64,000 nt of DNA, taken from an uncultured Vampirovibrionales bacterium. GTDB lineage: Bacteria > Cyanobacteriota > Vampirovibrionia > Vampirovibrionales > Vampirovibrionaceae. The DNA is taken from assembly GCA_964390635.1 (NCBI GenBank), contig CAYMIG010000005.1, forward strand, positions 148,320-212,319, in the 5' to 3' direction. The notes beneath the pieces were generated by a model, which worked only from the letters and a program-made list of their open reading frames with translations, was not told the origin of the DNA and ran no database searches. The position numbers and the translations under genes are program-made. Positions 17,563 to 26,821 of this stretch are shown piece by piece. Positions within the stretch are counted from its first letter, which is position 1. Every line of letters begins with the position of its first letter.

Positions 17563-19566
17563 TCACCCTGCCCGATCGGCCATAAACGCCTGGCGCAGGG
17601 TAAAGATTTTCAGCCGGCTTTCTTTGCCGCGCACCTGCACGTCGCCCAGCTCCACCAGATCCGGGGCGCCGGCCATGGCCCGGGCGGTGTCCTCGCTGAT
17701 GATGAGCCGGGTCTGGAACTCCTTGGCCTGCTCCTGCAAGCGCACGCAGGTATTCACCGTATCGCCCACGGCGGTGTATTGCATGTTGGTGGCCGGGCCC
17801 AGCCAACCCACCACCGCCGGGCCGCTGTTGATGGAAATACCGATGTCCAGGTCGATGCCCTTGCTTTCCTTAAAGCGCCGGGCCAGCTCTCGCCCGGTGG
17901 CCAGGATGTCCCGGGCCGCATTCAGGGCCATGGCGCGGTGCTGCTCGCTGGGCAGGGGAGCCCCGAAAATAATCAGGATGCCGTCGGCCATGTACTTGTC
18001 CACCGTGCCGTAGTGGGCAAACACCACCTTGACCATCTCGGTGTAAAACTCGTTGAGCAGGTCAAACACCTCGGTGGGCTGCAACTGCTCCGATAAGGCC
18101 GTAAAGTTGCGCACGTCCACGAACATGGAAGTGACCTCCCGCTTCTGTCCGCCGGGCGTCAGCACGTCGGCCATCTTCTGGATTTCCAGGAACACGTCCG
18201 GGTCCACCAGCTGCATCAGGTTTTTTTCCATGGTGGCCAGCTGGCGCTCCTTGAAGAGGATGCGGAAGGTGCTGCCCGCCACGAAGGCCAGCACGATGAA
18301 CAGCTCCGGGGTCATCACGTCCAGCCACAGGCTTTTTTGGCTGAAGAACCAGTAGGCCAGCGAGAGATAAATAACCATGGTGCCCAGCGTGTACAGCAGG
18401 GTTTGCCCCAGGTGCTGGAAGCGCAGGCGCAGCAAAAGGGCCCCGGCCACCAGCACCAGCAGGATGAGGGCGTTCATCAGGCCGGGGGCCTTGCGTACCG
18501 ATTGCCCGTTCAGCAGGTTGTCGATGGCGGTGGCATGGATATCCGGCCCCAGGTGGCGCAGGGCCACCGGGGTGGGGCTGTAGTCGCGGTAAAACGTGGA
18601 GGAGGAACCGATGAGGGCGATTTTGCCTTTCAGCTCGGGCAGGTGGGCGTCTTTTTCCAGCACCCGCCACAGCGGGACGGCCAGGTGGCTGAGGCTGTAT
18701 TCGCCCTTGGGCACCGGCAGCAAGCGGTAATAGCGCATGTAAAAGGCGTCCCGCCCGCTCAGCGGAATCTGGATGCCCGTGGCGGGATCCCTTTCCGGGT
18801 AGAGCTTCAGCCGGGGGGCGGGCATGTCGTGGCGATCCACGTCCATGACCCAGGTGTCGCCCGGATGCGCGATGTTCAGGTATTCGTAAGCCGCCGCCAG
18901 CGACAGGGCCGGAAAAATGCCCGTCTGTCGGGCGCTGGCCTGCACCTTGTACACCGGCTTCAGCATGCGCACCGAGCCGTCGGCCTCCTGGCGGTTGCTG
19001 ACCACGCCCAGGTTCAGCCGGTAGTAATGGGGAATGTCCGTGTTCAGGTCGTTGCGCTCCCGGCCCCCGGTCTCGTTCATCACCAGCCCGGAAATTAGGT
19101 TGGAGAACTTTTTCATTTCCGTAAACACCGCCGCGTCCTCGGTCTCGTTGATGTTCAGGAAATGGCCGTCCAGTACCATCAGGGCGGGCTGCTGGGCGTT
19201 GAGGCGCTCGAAGATTTCCACGTAGGTCTTGCGGGGCCAGGGTACCGAGCCGAAGCGGGGTTTTAGCCGCTCGATGGACTCGTCGTCGATGAGCACCAGC
19301 ACCACCGGGCTGTCGGTGGCGGGCCGGGCCGACCAGCGCATAAAGTGATCGTAGAAGTAGGTTTCGGTCTGCTGGCCCAGTCGCCACAGCCCAACCACTG
19401 CCGCCAGGGCCAGCAGGGTGGGCAAAAGCCAGTTCAGCAGGTTTTTCAGCACGGGGTTTGCTTGTCCCTTATGCACGCTGTTTCTATCATAGCGGGGATT
19501 GCCCAGGGTGGCCATGTCAGGCAAGCCACGTCCCTCCAAATGCATGAGGGCCCCGGCATGCAGCAT
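17563..19566 (-). CDS. CHASE2-sensor class III adenylate/guanylate cyclase
   Basis: 667 aa; N-terminal TM, periplasmic CHASE2-like region, 3 TM helices, C-terminal cyclase domain (FVDVRNFTALSE…ADGILIIFGAP…TAVGDTVNTCVRLQ). Confidence 0.8.
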   Translation of the reverse strand: MLHAGALMHLEGRGLPDMATLGNPRYDRNSVHKGQANPVLKNLLNWLLPTLLALAAVVGLWRLGQQTETYFYDHFMRWSARPATDSPVVLVLIDDESIERLKPRFGSVPWPRKTYVEIFERLNAQQPALMVLDGHFLNINETEDAAVFTEMKKFSNLISGLVMNETGGRERNDLNTDIPHYYRLNLGVVSNRQEADGSVRMLKPVYKVQASARQTGIFPALSLAAAYEYLNIAHPGDTWVMDVDRHDMPAPRLKLYPERDPATGIQIPLSGRDAFYMRYYRLLPVPKGEYSLSHLAVPLWRVLEKDAHLPELKGKIALIGSSSTFYRDYSPTPVALRHLGPDIHATAIDNLLNGQSVRKAPGLMNALILLVLVAGALLLRLRFQHLGQTLLYTLGTMVIYLSLAYWFFSQKSLWLDVMTPELFIVLAFVAGSTFRILFKERQLATMEKNLMQLVDPDVFLEIQKMADVLTPGGQKREVTSMFVDVRNFTALSEQLQPTEVFDLLNEFYTEMVKVVFAHYGTVDKYMADGILIIFGAPLPSEQHRAMALNAARDILATGRELARRFKESKGIDLDIGISINSGPAVVGWLGPATNMQYTAVGDTVNTCVRLQEQAKEFQTRLIISEDTARAMAGAPDLVELGDVQVRGKESRLKIFTLRQAFMADRAG

Positions 19567-19699
19567 CGCCCCGCCCGGGCAGGGATTCAGGAATTCCGGG
19601 CATGGCAGGCAATTCTTCCCATGTAATTGTTTTTATTTAAATAGCATTCTTATGATTCGGTTTTGGGAAGTGTTTATCTAGGGAAAGAGGAGAATCCTG

Positions 19700-20005
19700 A
19701 TGGGAGATCTGAGTTTTAATCCGGCAGGGCGTCCAGAACTACTCAGCTTTGGCAACGTGGGCCGGAATACCAACACGGGTGCCCCCGCTTCCGGGTACGT
19801 GCCGCTAGCGGCGGGTACGCTGGGCTCGGGTGACAGCCTGGAGTTGACCAGCCTGGTGGTTCCGCAAACCGGCACCACCCCGGAAAACACCGATGTGCGC
19901 CTGGTGGTGAACAACGCGGTGGCCAACGATCCGCAGGGCCTGACCCTGAATCCCAGCGTGCGGGCCCTGTTGCTGGCGGCACCTGAGCAATTTCCGGCGG
20001 CCTAA
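19700..20005 (+). CDS. small Gly/Asn/Thr-rich hypothetical protein (MGDLSFN… N-terminus)
   Basis: 101 aa; AGAGGAG Shine-Dalgarno 8 nt upstream of ATG; sits in AT-rich islet; N-terminus resembles that of the 26822 acidic protein. Confidence 0.45.
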   Translation: MGDLSFNPAGRPELLSFGNVGRNTNTGAPASGYVPLAAGTLGSGDSLELTSLVVPQTGTTPENTDVRLVVNNAVANDPQGLTLNPSVRALLLAAPEQFPAA

Positions 20006-20060
20006 TCCGTCAAGCCTAAGGCAACCTTAAAACACGCCCGTCGTGGCGGTGATACTTGTC

Positions 20061-20094
20061 GTGGAGTCTGTCTGTTTTGCGTGGAGACTGTCTG
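20061..20094. repeat. direct repeat GTGGAG(T/A)CTGTCTG x2, 20 bp centre-to-centre, candidate regulator binding site
   Basis: gtggagtctgtctg at 20061-20074 and gtggagactgtctg at 20081-20094, in intergenic DNA upstream of small-gene tandem. Confidence 0.5.
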
Positions 20095-20263
20095 AAAACG
20101 TACTGAGTGCGGGCATGATTTTTAAACTGTAAAGATAATTAAACAAACAAACGATCGGGTAACATCAAAACGCACATTCCTGTTTTTATGCAATCAAGAG
20201 AGTCAAGGGCAGTAATTGGCACTCTTGTTCAGAGAGAAAAGCAGTAACAGGAGAAGAGAGGCA

Positions 20264-20524
20264 ATGGTTGATTTCAACAGAATTAATTTAAACGGGGTCA
20301 ATATAACCCCCAACGTGGCAGGAATTCGTTCTGCGGCGGCGGCGTCCACCTCGGGCGGCGGCAACGTGAACCGCACCGATTCCTTTGAGCGGTCCAACCT
20401 GTTTGCCGGCGAAGGGCTGAGCCATACCGTGGATTTTGGCGCCATTGCCAACATGTCGATGGCCGATGCCGCCAAGGCGTTGCCCGGGTCTTTCCAGGGC
20501 CTCAAGTTCCTGGCCAGCATCTAA
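20264..20524 (+). CDS. small Gly/Asn-rich hypothetical protein, tandem paralog 1 (MVDFNRINLNGV…FLASI)
   Basis: 86 aa from ATG at 20264 (GGAGAAGAGAGG upstream); conserved N- and C-terminal blocks shared with the 20756 ORF. Confidence 0.6.
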   Translation: MVDFNRINLNGVNITPNVAGIRSAAAASTSGGGNVNRTDSFERSNLFAGEGLSHTVDFGAIANMSMADAAKALPGSFQGLKFLASI

Positions 20525-20755
20525 CCCCAAGCACGCAACCGACTGGGTTGAACGCGGACAAGGCAAATTCCAAGTTTTTATTCCTGAACTGCTTTTAAAC
20601 AAAAGCGATCGTGTTTTGCGGTCGCTTTTGTTGCTTAGTGTAACGATCGCGGCGCCGGGGGCTGTCGGACAGGCATGTGCATGCTTTAGATTGTTTTTAT
20701 ATATATAGAGAGAGAAGCTAGATTTCGGTGCGTGCATCGAAAGGAGAGAAGCGCA

Positions 20756-21025
20756 ATGGTTGATTTTCGCAATGTCAACTTGAACGGGGTCGGTGGCATC
20801 AACCCGGCCAGTAGCGCGCCAGGCTTAGGGCAGGCAGGGTCTGCACCCGGTTTCAACCCCCTGAACCAGGGGGGCGTCGATGCCTTTACCCCCAGCAACG
20901 CCTTGTTTGCCGGCGGCGGGGGGCATGGCGTGGACTTCAACGCCATCGCCAACATGTCCCTGGAGGATTGTGCCAAGGCCCTTCCCAATTCCTTTGCGGG
21001 ATTGCAGTTTCTGGCCAACCTCTAA
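20756..21025 (+). CDS. small Gly/Asn-rich hypothetical protein, tandem paralog 2 (MVDFRNVNLNGV…FLANL)
   Basis: 89 aa from ATG at 20756 (GGAGAGAAG upstream); C-terminal VDFNAIANMSLEDCAKALPNSFAGLQFLANL vs VDFGAIANMSMADAAKALPGSFQGLKFLASI in paralog 1. Confidence 0.6.
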   Translation: MVDFRNVNLNGVGGINPASSAPGLGQAGSAPGFNPLNQGGVDAFTPSNALFAGGGGHGVDFNAIANMSLEDCAKALPNSFAGLQFLANL

Positions 21026-21045
21026 ACCAGCTTTCAACGCATCAG

Positions 21046-21078
21046 GCACCCGCCCCACCGGCGGGTGCTTTGTTTTTT
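21046..21078 (+). terminator. intrinsic terminator after small-gene tandem
   Basis: gcacccgcc-ccacc-ggcgggtgc stem-loop followed by tttgttttt. Confidence 0.6.
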
Positions 21079-21278
21079 CAGGGCAACATTTTTAAGAAAA
21101 TATTAAAAAATGTAACTCGGGGCCGGCCAGTGCCTATAATACTTACTATGGTTAGGAGTTGTACTCCTGGCTTACACACCCTAATTTCTCTAACTGAATT
21201 CTTTCACAAGAAGAAACCGCAGAAGCTGAACACTCCTGCGGCTTTTATTTTTTGTGGTTTTTTTGCCGGCGGGTGGGC

Positions 21279-23198
21279 CTACTTCAGGTCTTTGTCGCTG
21301 AAGGGCTTCACCGTCTCGGTCTTTTTGGCGTCCGGCACCAGGGTGCCGCTGGCCACCTGGTTCACCAGGTGATAGAGGTCTTTCACCCCAAAGCCGGTGG
21401 CCCATTCCCAGTTGCCGCGGGCCGGGTCTTTTTCGTCGTACTCGGCGCCGGCCATGTCGTAGTGCACCCAGGGCGTCTTGGGATTGGCCAGGAACTCCCG
21501 GATGAAGGCCGCCCCCTGGGCCGAGTGCTGCAGCATGTAATCCCGATCCTGGGCCAGCGGGCCCAGCACGCCGTAGTACTTGGCGTCGTCCCGGCCCACG
21601 GAGTTGTACACATCGGCAAAGGATTCCCCGCCTTCCTTGGCGGCATCCCGGGTGACCCAGCGGTGGTGGGCCTGGGTCAGCGGAAGCACTTCCGTGGTGC
21701 GGCCCAGGTTTTCGGCCTCAATGCCGTTGGCGGCTTTCAGCAGGTCGCGGTTGTTGCCGCTGATGGCCACCGCGTTCTGGGCCCCCACGCCGCGCACCTT
21801 GCCGCCGGTGAGGGTGGCGATATCGGCCACCACATCCGGCTTGTACACGTCCATGCCGTAGTGGATGGCATCCCCCAGCACCAGGCGCCCTTCGGCGTCG
21901 GTGTTGGAGATGGCGACCCGCTTGCCGTTGCGGGCGACCACCACCCGGTTTTCCAGGGTGGCATTGTGGCCAATGCGGTTTTCGGTGAGGGGCACCAGGC
22001 CCACCACGCGCACGCCTTGCAGTTTCAGGTCGTTGATGGCTTTCAGGGCACCGATGACCGCCGCCCCGCCCGCCATATCGCCGCGCATATTGTGGATGTA
22101 CTCGCTCGATTTGAGGTTGGTGCCGCCGGTATCGAACACAATGCCCTTGCCCACCAGCAGCACGGTCTTGCCGGTGGCCGGGTTCCAGCCGGGCGGGGTG
22201 TAGACCATCTCCACCATGCGCGGATCGGCGTCCGGGAAGCCGGGCGCGTTGCCATCACCCACCGAGAGCATCATGTGCATGCCCTGGTTGCGCAGCCATT
22301 GCTTGTCGCGTACCTGTACCCGCAGGGTGGTACCGTTGTCCATGGCCTGGGCGGCATCGGCAATCAGGCGGGTGCGTTCCGGGTTGGCCGGGCTGTCCAC
22401 CAGATGGCGGGTCAGGTTGGTAGCCTCGCCCAGGGCCTTGCCTTCGGCCAGGGCACGGGCAGCGGCGCCGGCTTGCAGGCCGCGCAGCCCTTTCTTGTTC
22501 AGCACCACCTGGTTCACGGTCTTGGCGGGGACGCCGGCCCGGAACTGGTTGTAGTTGTACCCGTTCAGCACGGCCATTTCCGCCAGATCCCGAATGAGAT
22601 CCTCTTTTTTCACCCCGTCGGGCAGGCGCTCGGGCAGTTCCACGCTGACCGCGGTGAAGCCGGCGGGCACTTTATCCAGCTGCTTTTTAAAGGCGGCCCG
22701 GATGGCGGCGGCGTTTCGGGTGGCCGCTTTCTTGCGGGCGGTTTTTTTCTCTTCGGCGGTGGCTGCCGGGGGGAAGCTGGGCTTGCTGGCCTTGAACACC
22801 CCGAACAGGTTGCCGTTGGGGTCAATCCCGGTTTCGGGGCTGATGGCGTTGGCCAGGGCCTGGGCCGAGGAGGCCAACGCCTGGCGCACCACATCCAGCG
22901 GGCCGGGCATGGCGCCATACACCATGGTGGGGGTGGTGCTCCACTGGGTCAAAATCTCGCTGGCTTGCTGCAGGCCGCGTTCCAGCAGGCTGGGCAGCTC
23001 GTCCTTGGAGGTCAGCACAATGCGGGCGGTCTTTTCGCCGGCGGCATCATGCAGCCGGGTGGGGCTGAAGGCATCGCTGGTCAGCTGTACGGCCACCGGA
23101 TGCTGCACGTTGGCGGGTGCGGCGCCGAACTTCGGAAACGGCAGCACCTGGCCGAACCGGACGGCGGGAAAATGTGAACGGATGGAATCCAGTACCAT
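21279..23198 (-). CDS. pepA: leucyl aminopeptidase (M17 family) with extended N-terminal region
   Basis: 639 aa; M17 catalytic motifs (VGKGIVFDTGG, NTDAEGRLVL). Confidence 0.85.
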   Translation of the reverse strand: MVLDSIRSHFPAVRFGQVLPFPKFGAAPANVQHPVAVQLTSDAFSPTRLHDAAGEKTARIVLTSKDELPSLLERGLQQASEILTQWSTTPTMVYGAMPGPLDVVRQALASSAQALANAISPETGIDPNGNLFGVFKASKPSFPPAATAEEKKTARKKAATRNAAAIRAAFKKQLDKVPAGFTAVSVELPERLPDGVKKEDLIRDLAEMAVLNGYNYNQFRAGVPAKTVNQVVLNKKGLRGLQAGAAARALAEGKALGEATNLTRHLVDSPANPERTRLIADAAQAMDNGTTLRVQVRDKQWLRNQGMHMMLSVGDGNAPGFPDADPRMVEMVYTPPGWNPATGKTVLLVGKGIVFDTGGTNLKSSEYIHNMRGDMAGGAAVIGALKAINDLKLQGVRVVGLVPLTENRIGHNATLENRVVVARNGKRVAISNTDAEGRLVLGDAIHYGMDVYKPDVVADIATLTGGKVRGVGAQNAVAISGNNRDLLKAANGIEAENLGRTTEVLPLTQAHHRWVTRDAAKEGGESFADVYNSVGRDDAKYYGVLGPLAQDRDYMLQHSAQGAAFIREFLANPKTPWVHYDMAGAEYDEKDPARGNWEWATGFGVKDLYHLVNQVASGTLVPDAKKTETVKPFSDKDLK

Positions 23199-23350
23199 CG
23201 GACGGGTCCCCTTCTCTTCTACGGATATATGAAACGTTCCCTTGACGTTACTACAAACAAAACAGTCAAGGAACCAAATTGCCCCGTCTGCTCAACGCGC
23301 TGATACTTAACCCGCACAACTTCGGCTAGAGTGGTGTTAATGCCTTCATT

Positions 23351-24013
23351 ATGCAAGCCATTCGCCCTAACCCTTTTTCGTCTTTACCGATCCACCGTCC
23401 TGCTTTTCAGGGCTGGTTCGGTGGGCTGGCCCGCCGCATGAGAAGTCAAACGGGTGATTCAGATACACTTGACCTACAGATCAAGGTGGGTCATCCTATT
23501 CCGTGCCCTCCGCCCGATGACATTGCCGCAAGAATCAATCTGGGTGAAACTGTCGAGGTGCATCCCAGTGAACTCGCTGCTGAAGTCAAGTTGGGGGATA
23601 CCACGGATGAGCGTATTGAAGCGAACCGGTTCATTGATCAGTGGATGCCGGAAATCGAAAAGACCCAGCGCTTTACCCGGTTTTCCCGTCAGCAGGTTAT
23701 CCAGGCCGTGGGCGAATATACCGGCTTGCGCATTCTGGATGTAGGTAACGTGACTGACTTGGAGCTGTCCTGGGTATTGAAACGGTTAGCCCTCAACCCG
23801 GAAACCGTGCCGCTCGAAACGAACACGGTAGTCATTGGGCATGGCCTTGGTCAAGGACGGCATTGGAGTTTTGTGGGTAGTGGGCAAAAGGTGGCAGATT
23901 ATATTGCCCAGCATGTGCCGCAAGGTGAAAAAGTTTGGGCGGTGGTTTGCGATGCGGATCGTGAACGATATTTCCATTTGGCCGAGGGAAAATTGGTGAC
24001 TTCAGGCACTTAG
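23351..24013 (+). CDS. hypothetical protein
   Basis: 220 aa ORF with coding-like GC3 bias, no recognisable motifs. Confidence 0.5.
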   Translation: MQAIRPNPFSSLPIHRPAFQGWFGGLARRMRSQTGDSDTLDLQIKVGHPIPCPPPDDIAARINLGETVEVHPSELAAEVKLGDTTDERIEANRFIDQWMPEIEKTQRFTRFSRQQVIQAVGEYTGLRILDVGNVTDLELSWVLKRLALNPETVPLETNTVVIGHGLGQGRHWSFVGSGQKVADYIAQHVPQGEKVWAVVCDADRERYFHLAEGKLVTSGT

Positions 24014-24026
24014 GGGGAATGCTGCT

Positions 24027-24422
24027 TCAGCCTTTGCCCATGGCCAGGGATTGCCCCCGGAATTCGGCCACGGTGTCCCCGCTTTGGTTGGTGACCCGCA
24101 CGTCGTAAAGCCCGCTGCGGCCTTTTAAATAGCGTTCCTCGGCCTCGGCGGTCAGTACGTCTCCGCATTGGGCAGGCATCAGGTAGGAAATGGCGCACTG
24201 CATGCCCACGGTTTTCACCCCGCGGGAGTTGCAGGCATAGGCAAAGGCGGTATCGGCCAGCAGAAACACGCTGCCCCCGTGCGCGCCGCCGTGAAAGTTC
24301 AGGTGACGCGCATCAATCGTCATGCGCACGCGGGCATAGCCGGGGCGCAGCTCCTCCACCGTCAGCCCGTTGTGCTCGGCGGCCTGATCCGGGGCGTAGC
24401 CGGCCAGCAAAGGCTCCGTCAT
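24027..24422 (-). CDS. hotdog-fold acyl-CoA thioesterase (PaaI/4HBT-like)
   Basis: 131 aa; …HLNFHGGAHGGSVFLLADTAFAYACN… typical PaaI-family motif; 4 bp downstream of ubiD. Confidence 0.75.
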   Translation of the reverse strand: MTEPLLAGYAPDQAAEHNGLTVEELRPGYARVRMTIDARHLNFHGGAHGGSVFLLADTAFAYACNSRGVKTVGMQCAISYLMPAQCGDVLTAEAEERYLKGRSGLYDVRVTNQSGDTVAEFRGQSLAMGKG

Positions 24423-24425
24423 GGC

Positions 24426-25925
24426 CTACACCGGGGCCGGGGTCTGGGCAAAGTACTCTTCCCAGCGGGCGCTGACTTTTTGGCGGGTGGCTTCGTCCAT
24501 TGCAATCTCGTCCGGCCACTCCCGGTCAAAGCCCTCGGTCTTCCACTTGCGGGTGGCGTCAATGCCCACCTTGCTGCCGTAGGCCCACAGGGGGGTGGCA
24601 TGGTCCAGAATGTCCATGGGCCCGTCGGCAAACATCATGTCGCGCCTGGGGTCGGTGTTGTTGAACACGTGCCAGGCCACCTGGGCCACGTCCTGCACGT
24701 CCACGTGGGCGTCCACCACAATCACGTACTTGCTGAACATCATCTGGCCAAAGCCCCACACGCTGCTCATCACTTTTTTGGCATGCCCCGGGTAGCGCTT
24801 GTCGATGCTCAGGATGACGCAGTTGTGGAAAACCCCTTCCCAGGGAAGGTTCATGTCCACAATTTCCGGGATGAACAGCTTGAGCAGCGGCAAAAAGATG
24901 CGCTCGGTGGCCTTGCCCAGGTAACAGTCCTCCTGGGGCGGTTTGCCCACGATGGTGGTTTGGTAGATGGGGTTTTTGCGGTGGGTGACGGCGGTGACGT
25001 GCAGCACCGGGAAATCGTCCGCCAGCGAATAGTAGCCGGTATGATCGCCAAAGGGCCCTTCCCGGCGCAACTCATCCAGGGGCACGTAGCCTTCAATCAC
25101 GATTTCCGCATCAGCCGGCACTTCAATGTCGACGGTCTTGCATTTCACCATCTGTACCGGCTTGTTGTGCAGGAAGCCGGCAAAAATCATCTCATCAATG
25201 CCCGGGGGCAGGGGGGCGGTGGCGCTGTAGGTAATGTGCGGGGCGCAGCCCAGGGCGGCGGCCACCTCAATGCGGTCTTTGCCCATGCGGCGGGCATTTT
25301 CGTAAATGCGGGCCCCGTCATGATGCTTGTGCCAGTGCATGCCGGTGGTGGTGTTGTCGTACTTCTGCAGGCGGTACATGCCGGCGTTGCGCTCGCCGGT
25401 CATGGGATCCTTGCTGAAAAAGACCGGAAAGGTGATGAAGGGGCCGGCATCCATGGGCCAGCAGGTGATGATGGGCAATTTATCCAGCATGGGTTGCGCG
25501 GGATCGGTAATGACCACTTCCTGGCAGGGGGCCTCCCCCTTGAAGGTGCGGGGCAGGAAGTTGTTGAGATCCGCCAGTTTGGGCAGCATCATCAGCTTGT
25601 CCCACAGGCTGCCGGGAATGTCCGGCTTGATGAAAAAGCGGATGCGTTCCTGAATCTCCTCGTAGGTCTCGGTGCCCAGGGCCAGCATCATGCGGTGGTG
25701 GGAGCCCATGGCGTTGATGAGCACCGGCATGTCGTACCGGCGGCCCGTTTCATCCTGCACGTGGGTAAACAGCAGGGCCTTGTTGCGGGCCTCCGGTAGT
25801 TTGCTGACGCGGTCGGTGATTTCGGCGATTTCAAGGTGGGTGGAGACGGGGGCGGTAATTTCCACCAGTTCTGTTTCCCGGCGCAGGAGATCGAGGTAAC
25901 CGCGGAGATCGCTGAAGGCGGGCAT
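24426..25925 (-). CDS. ubiD: UbiD-family (prenyl-FMN dependent) decarboxylase
   Basis: ~500 aa from ATG at 25925 (MPAFSDLRGYLDLL…); UbiD family similarity throughout. Confidence 0.85.
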   Translation of the reverse strand: MPAFSDLRGYLDLLRRETELVEITAPVSTHLEIAEITDRVSKLPEARNKALLFTHVQDETGRRYDMPVLINAMGSHHRMMLALGTETYEEIQERIRFFIKPDIPGSLWDKLMMLPKLADLNNFLPRTFKGEAPCQEVVITDPAQPMLDKLPIITCWPMDAGPFITFPVFFSKDPMTGERNAGMYRLQKYDNTTTGMHWHKHHDGARIYENARRMGKDRIEVAAALGCAPHITYSATAPLPPGIDEMIFAGFLHNKPVQMVKCKTVDIEVPADAEIVIEGYVPLDELRREGPFGDHTGYYSLADDFPVLHVTAVTHRKNPIYQTTIVGKPPQEDCYLGKATERIFLPLLKLFIPEIVDMNLPWEGVFHNCVILSIDKRYPGHAKKVMSSVWGFGQMMFSKYVIVVDAHVDVQDVAQVAWHVFNNTDPRRDMMFADGPMDILDHATPLWAYGSKVGIDATRKWKTEGFDREWPDEIAMDEATRQKVSARWEEYFAQTPAPV

Positions 25926-26054
25926 GGGCGTGATCCTAATAGCCAACGTTGCCCCGAGCATACCAGAAACCGCCCCCCAATTTCAAAAGGGCTTCAGGCC
26001 GGGGCATTGTTTTGGTACAATCAAGGCGTTCCAGCCACTGTAAGAGGTTTTCCC

Positions 26055-26651
26055 ATGACCGTCGAAGTCCCGACACCGCCTGCCGATACCGAGGCCACCG
26101 TGAAAGCGGAGCCGCCCAACGGGCTGCGCAGCCTCATTCTGGCGGGGGTGCTGGTGCTGATTGCCCTCTTGTTCATCGGCCTGCCCGGGGGGCCCAGGGG
26201 CGGCGACCAGGGCCCTTTGCCGGTGAGCGCCAACCCCAACGTGGTGACGGTCTTTTTCAGCCGCTACCAGGGCAGCGAAGTGATTACCGAGGAAGTGATC
26301 CGGCCCATCCCCCCCGAGGCCCGGGACGATCGCCTGCGCTACGCCATGCAGCAACTGCTGGCCGGGCCCACCCCGTCGGAAAAACGGTTCGGCTTCCATA
26401 CCGAGATTCCCCAGGGCACCCGCCTGCTGGGAATTACGCAAAAGGACGGCCAGGTGCAAATTAACCTCTCCTCCGAATTCGCCCAGGGCGGGGGATCCAC
26501 CGCCATGATCCAGCGGGTGGCCCAGGTGCGGGATACGGCCTATTCCGTGGACAACCGGGCCGCGACCATCCTGGTGGAGGGGCAGGAACTCTCCACCCTG
26601 GGGGGCGAAGGGCTGGAAGTGCCCCAGTCCATGCAGCGCCAACCCCAGTAG
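26055..26651 (+). CDS. GerMN-domain membrane-anchored protein
   Basis: ~198 aa from ATG 26055 (TAAGAGG upstream); TM anchor then GerMN-like region (VTVFFSRYQG…LRYAMQQLLAGPTPSEKRFGFHTEIPQGTRLLGI…INLSSEF). Confidence 0.65.
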   Translation: MTVEVPTPPADTEATVKAEPPNGLRSLILAGVLVLIALLFIGLPGGPRGGDQGPLPVSANPNVVTVFFSRYQGSEVITEEVIRPIPPEARDDRLRYAMQQLLAGPTPSEKRFGFHTEIPQGTRLLGITQKDGQVQINLSSEFAQGGGSTAMIQRVAQVRDTAYSVDNRAATILVEGQELSTLGGEGLEVPQSMQRQPQ

Positions 26652-26821
26652 CGCCGCTTTTTTGCTGCCGGCCTTCTCTGGCCGAGCGGGGGTTTTGGCG
26701 GGCGCAGGCAATTTTACAGTACTGATTGTTTTTATTAGTTTAATTGGAGTACTTGTCCGGGTGAAGTGGGAGGTTTTGACCCTTGGCTTTGCCATGGACG
26801 GGAAAAGGATGGAGTGTAGAG

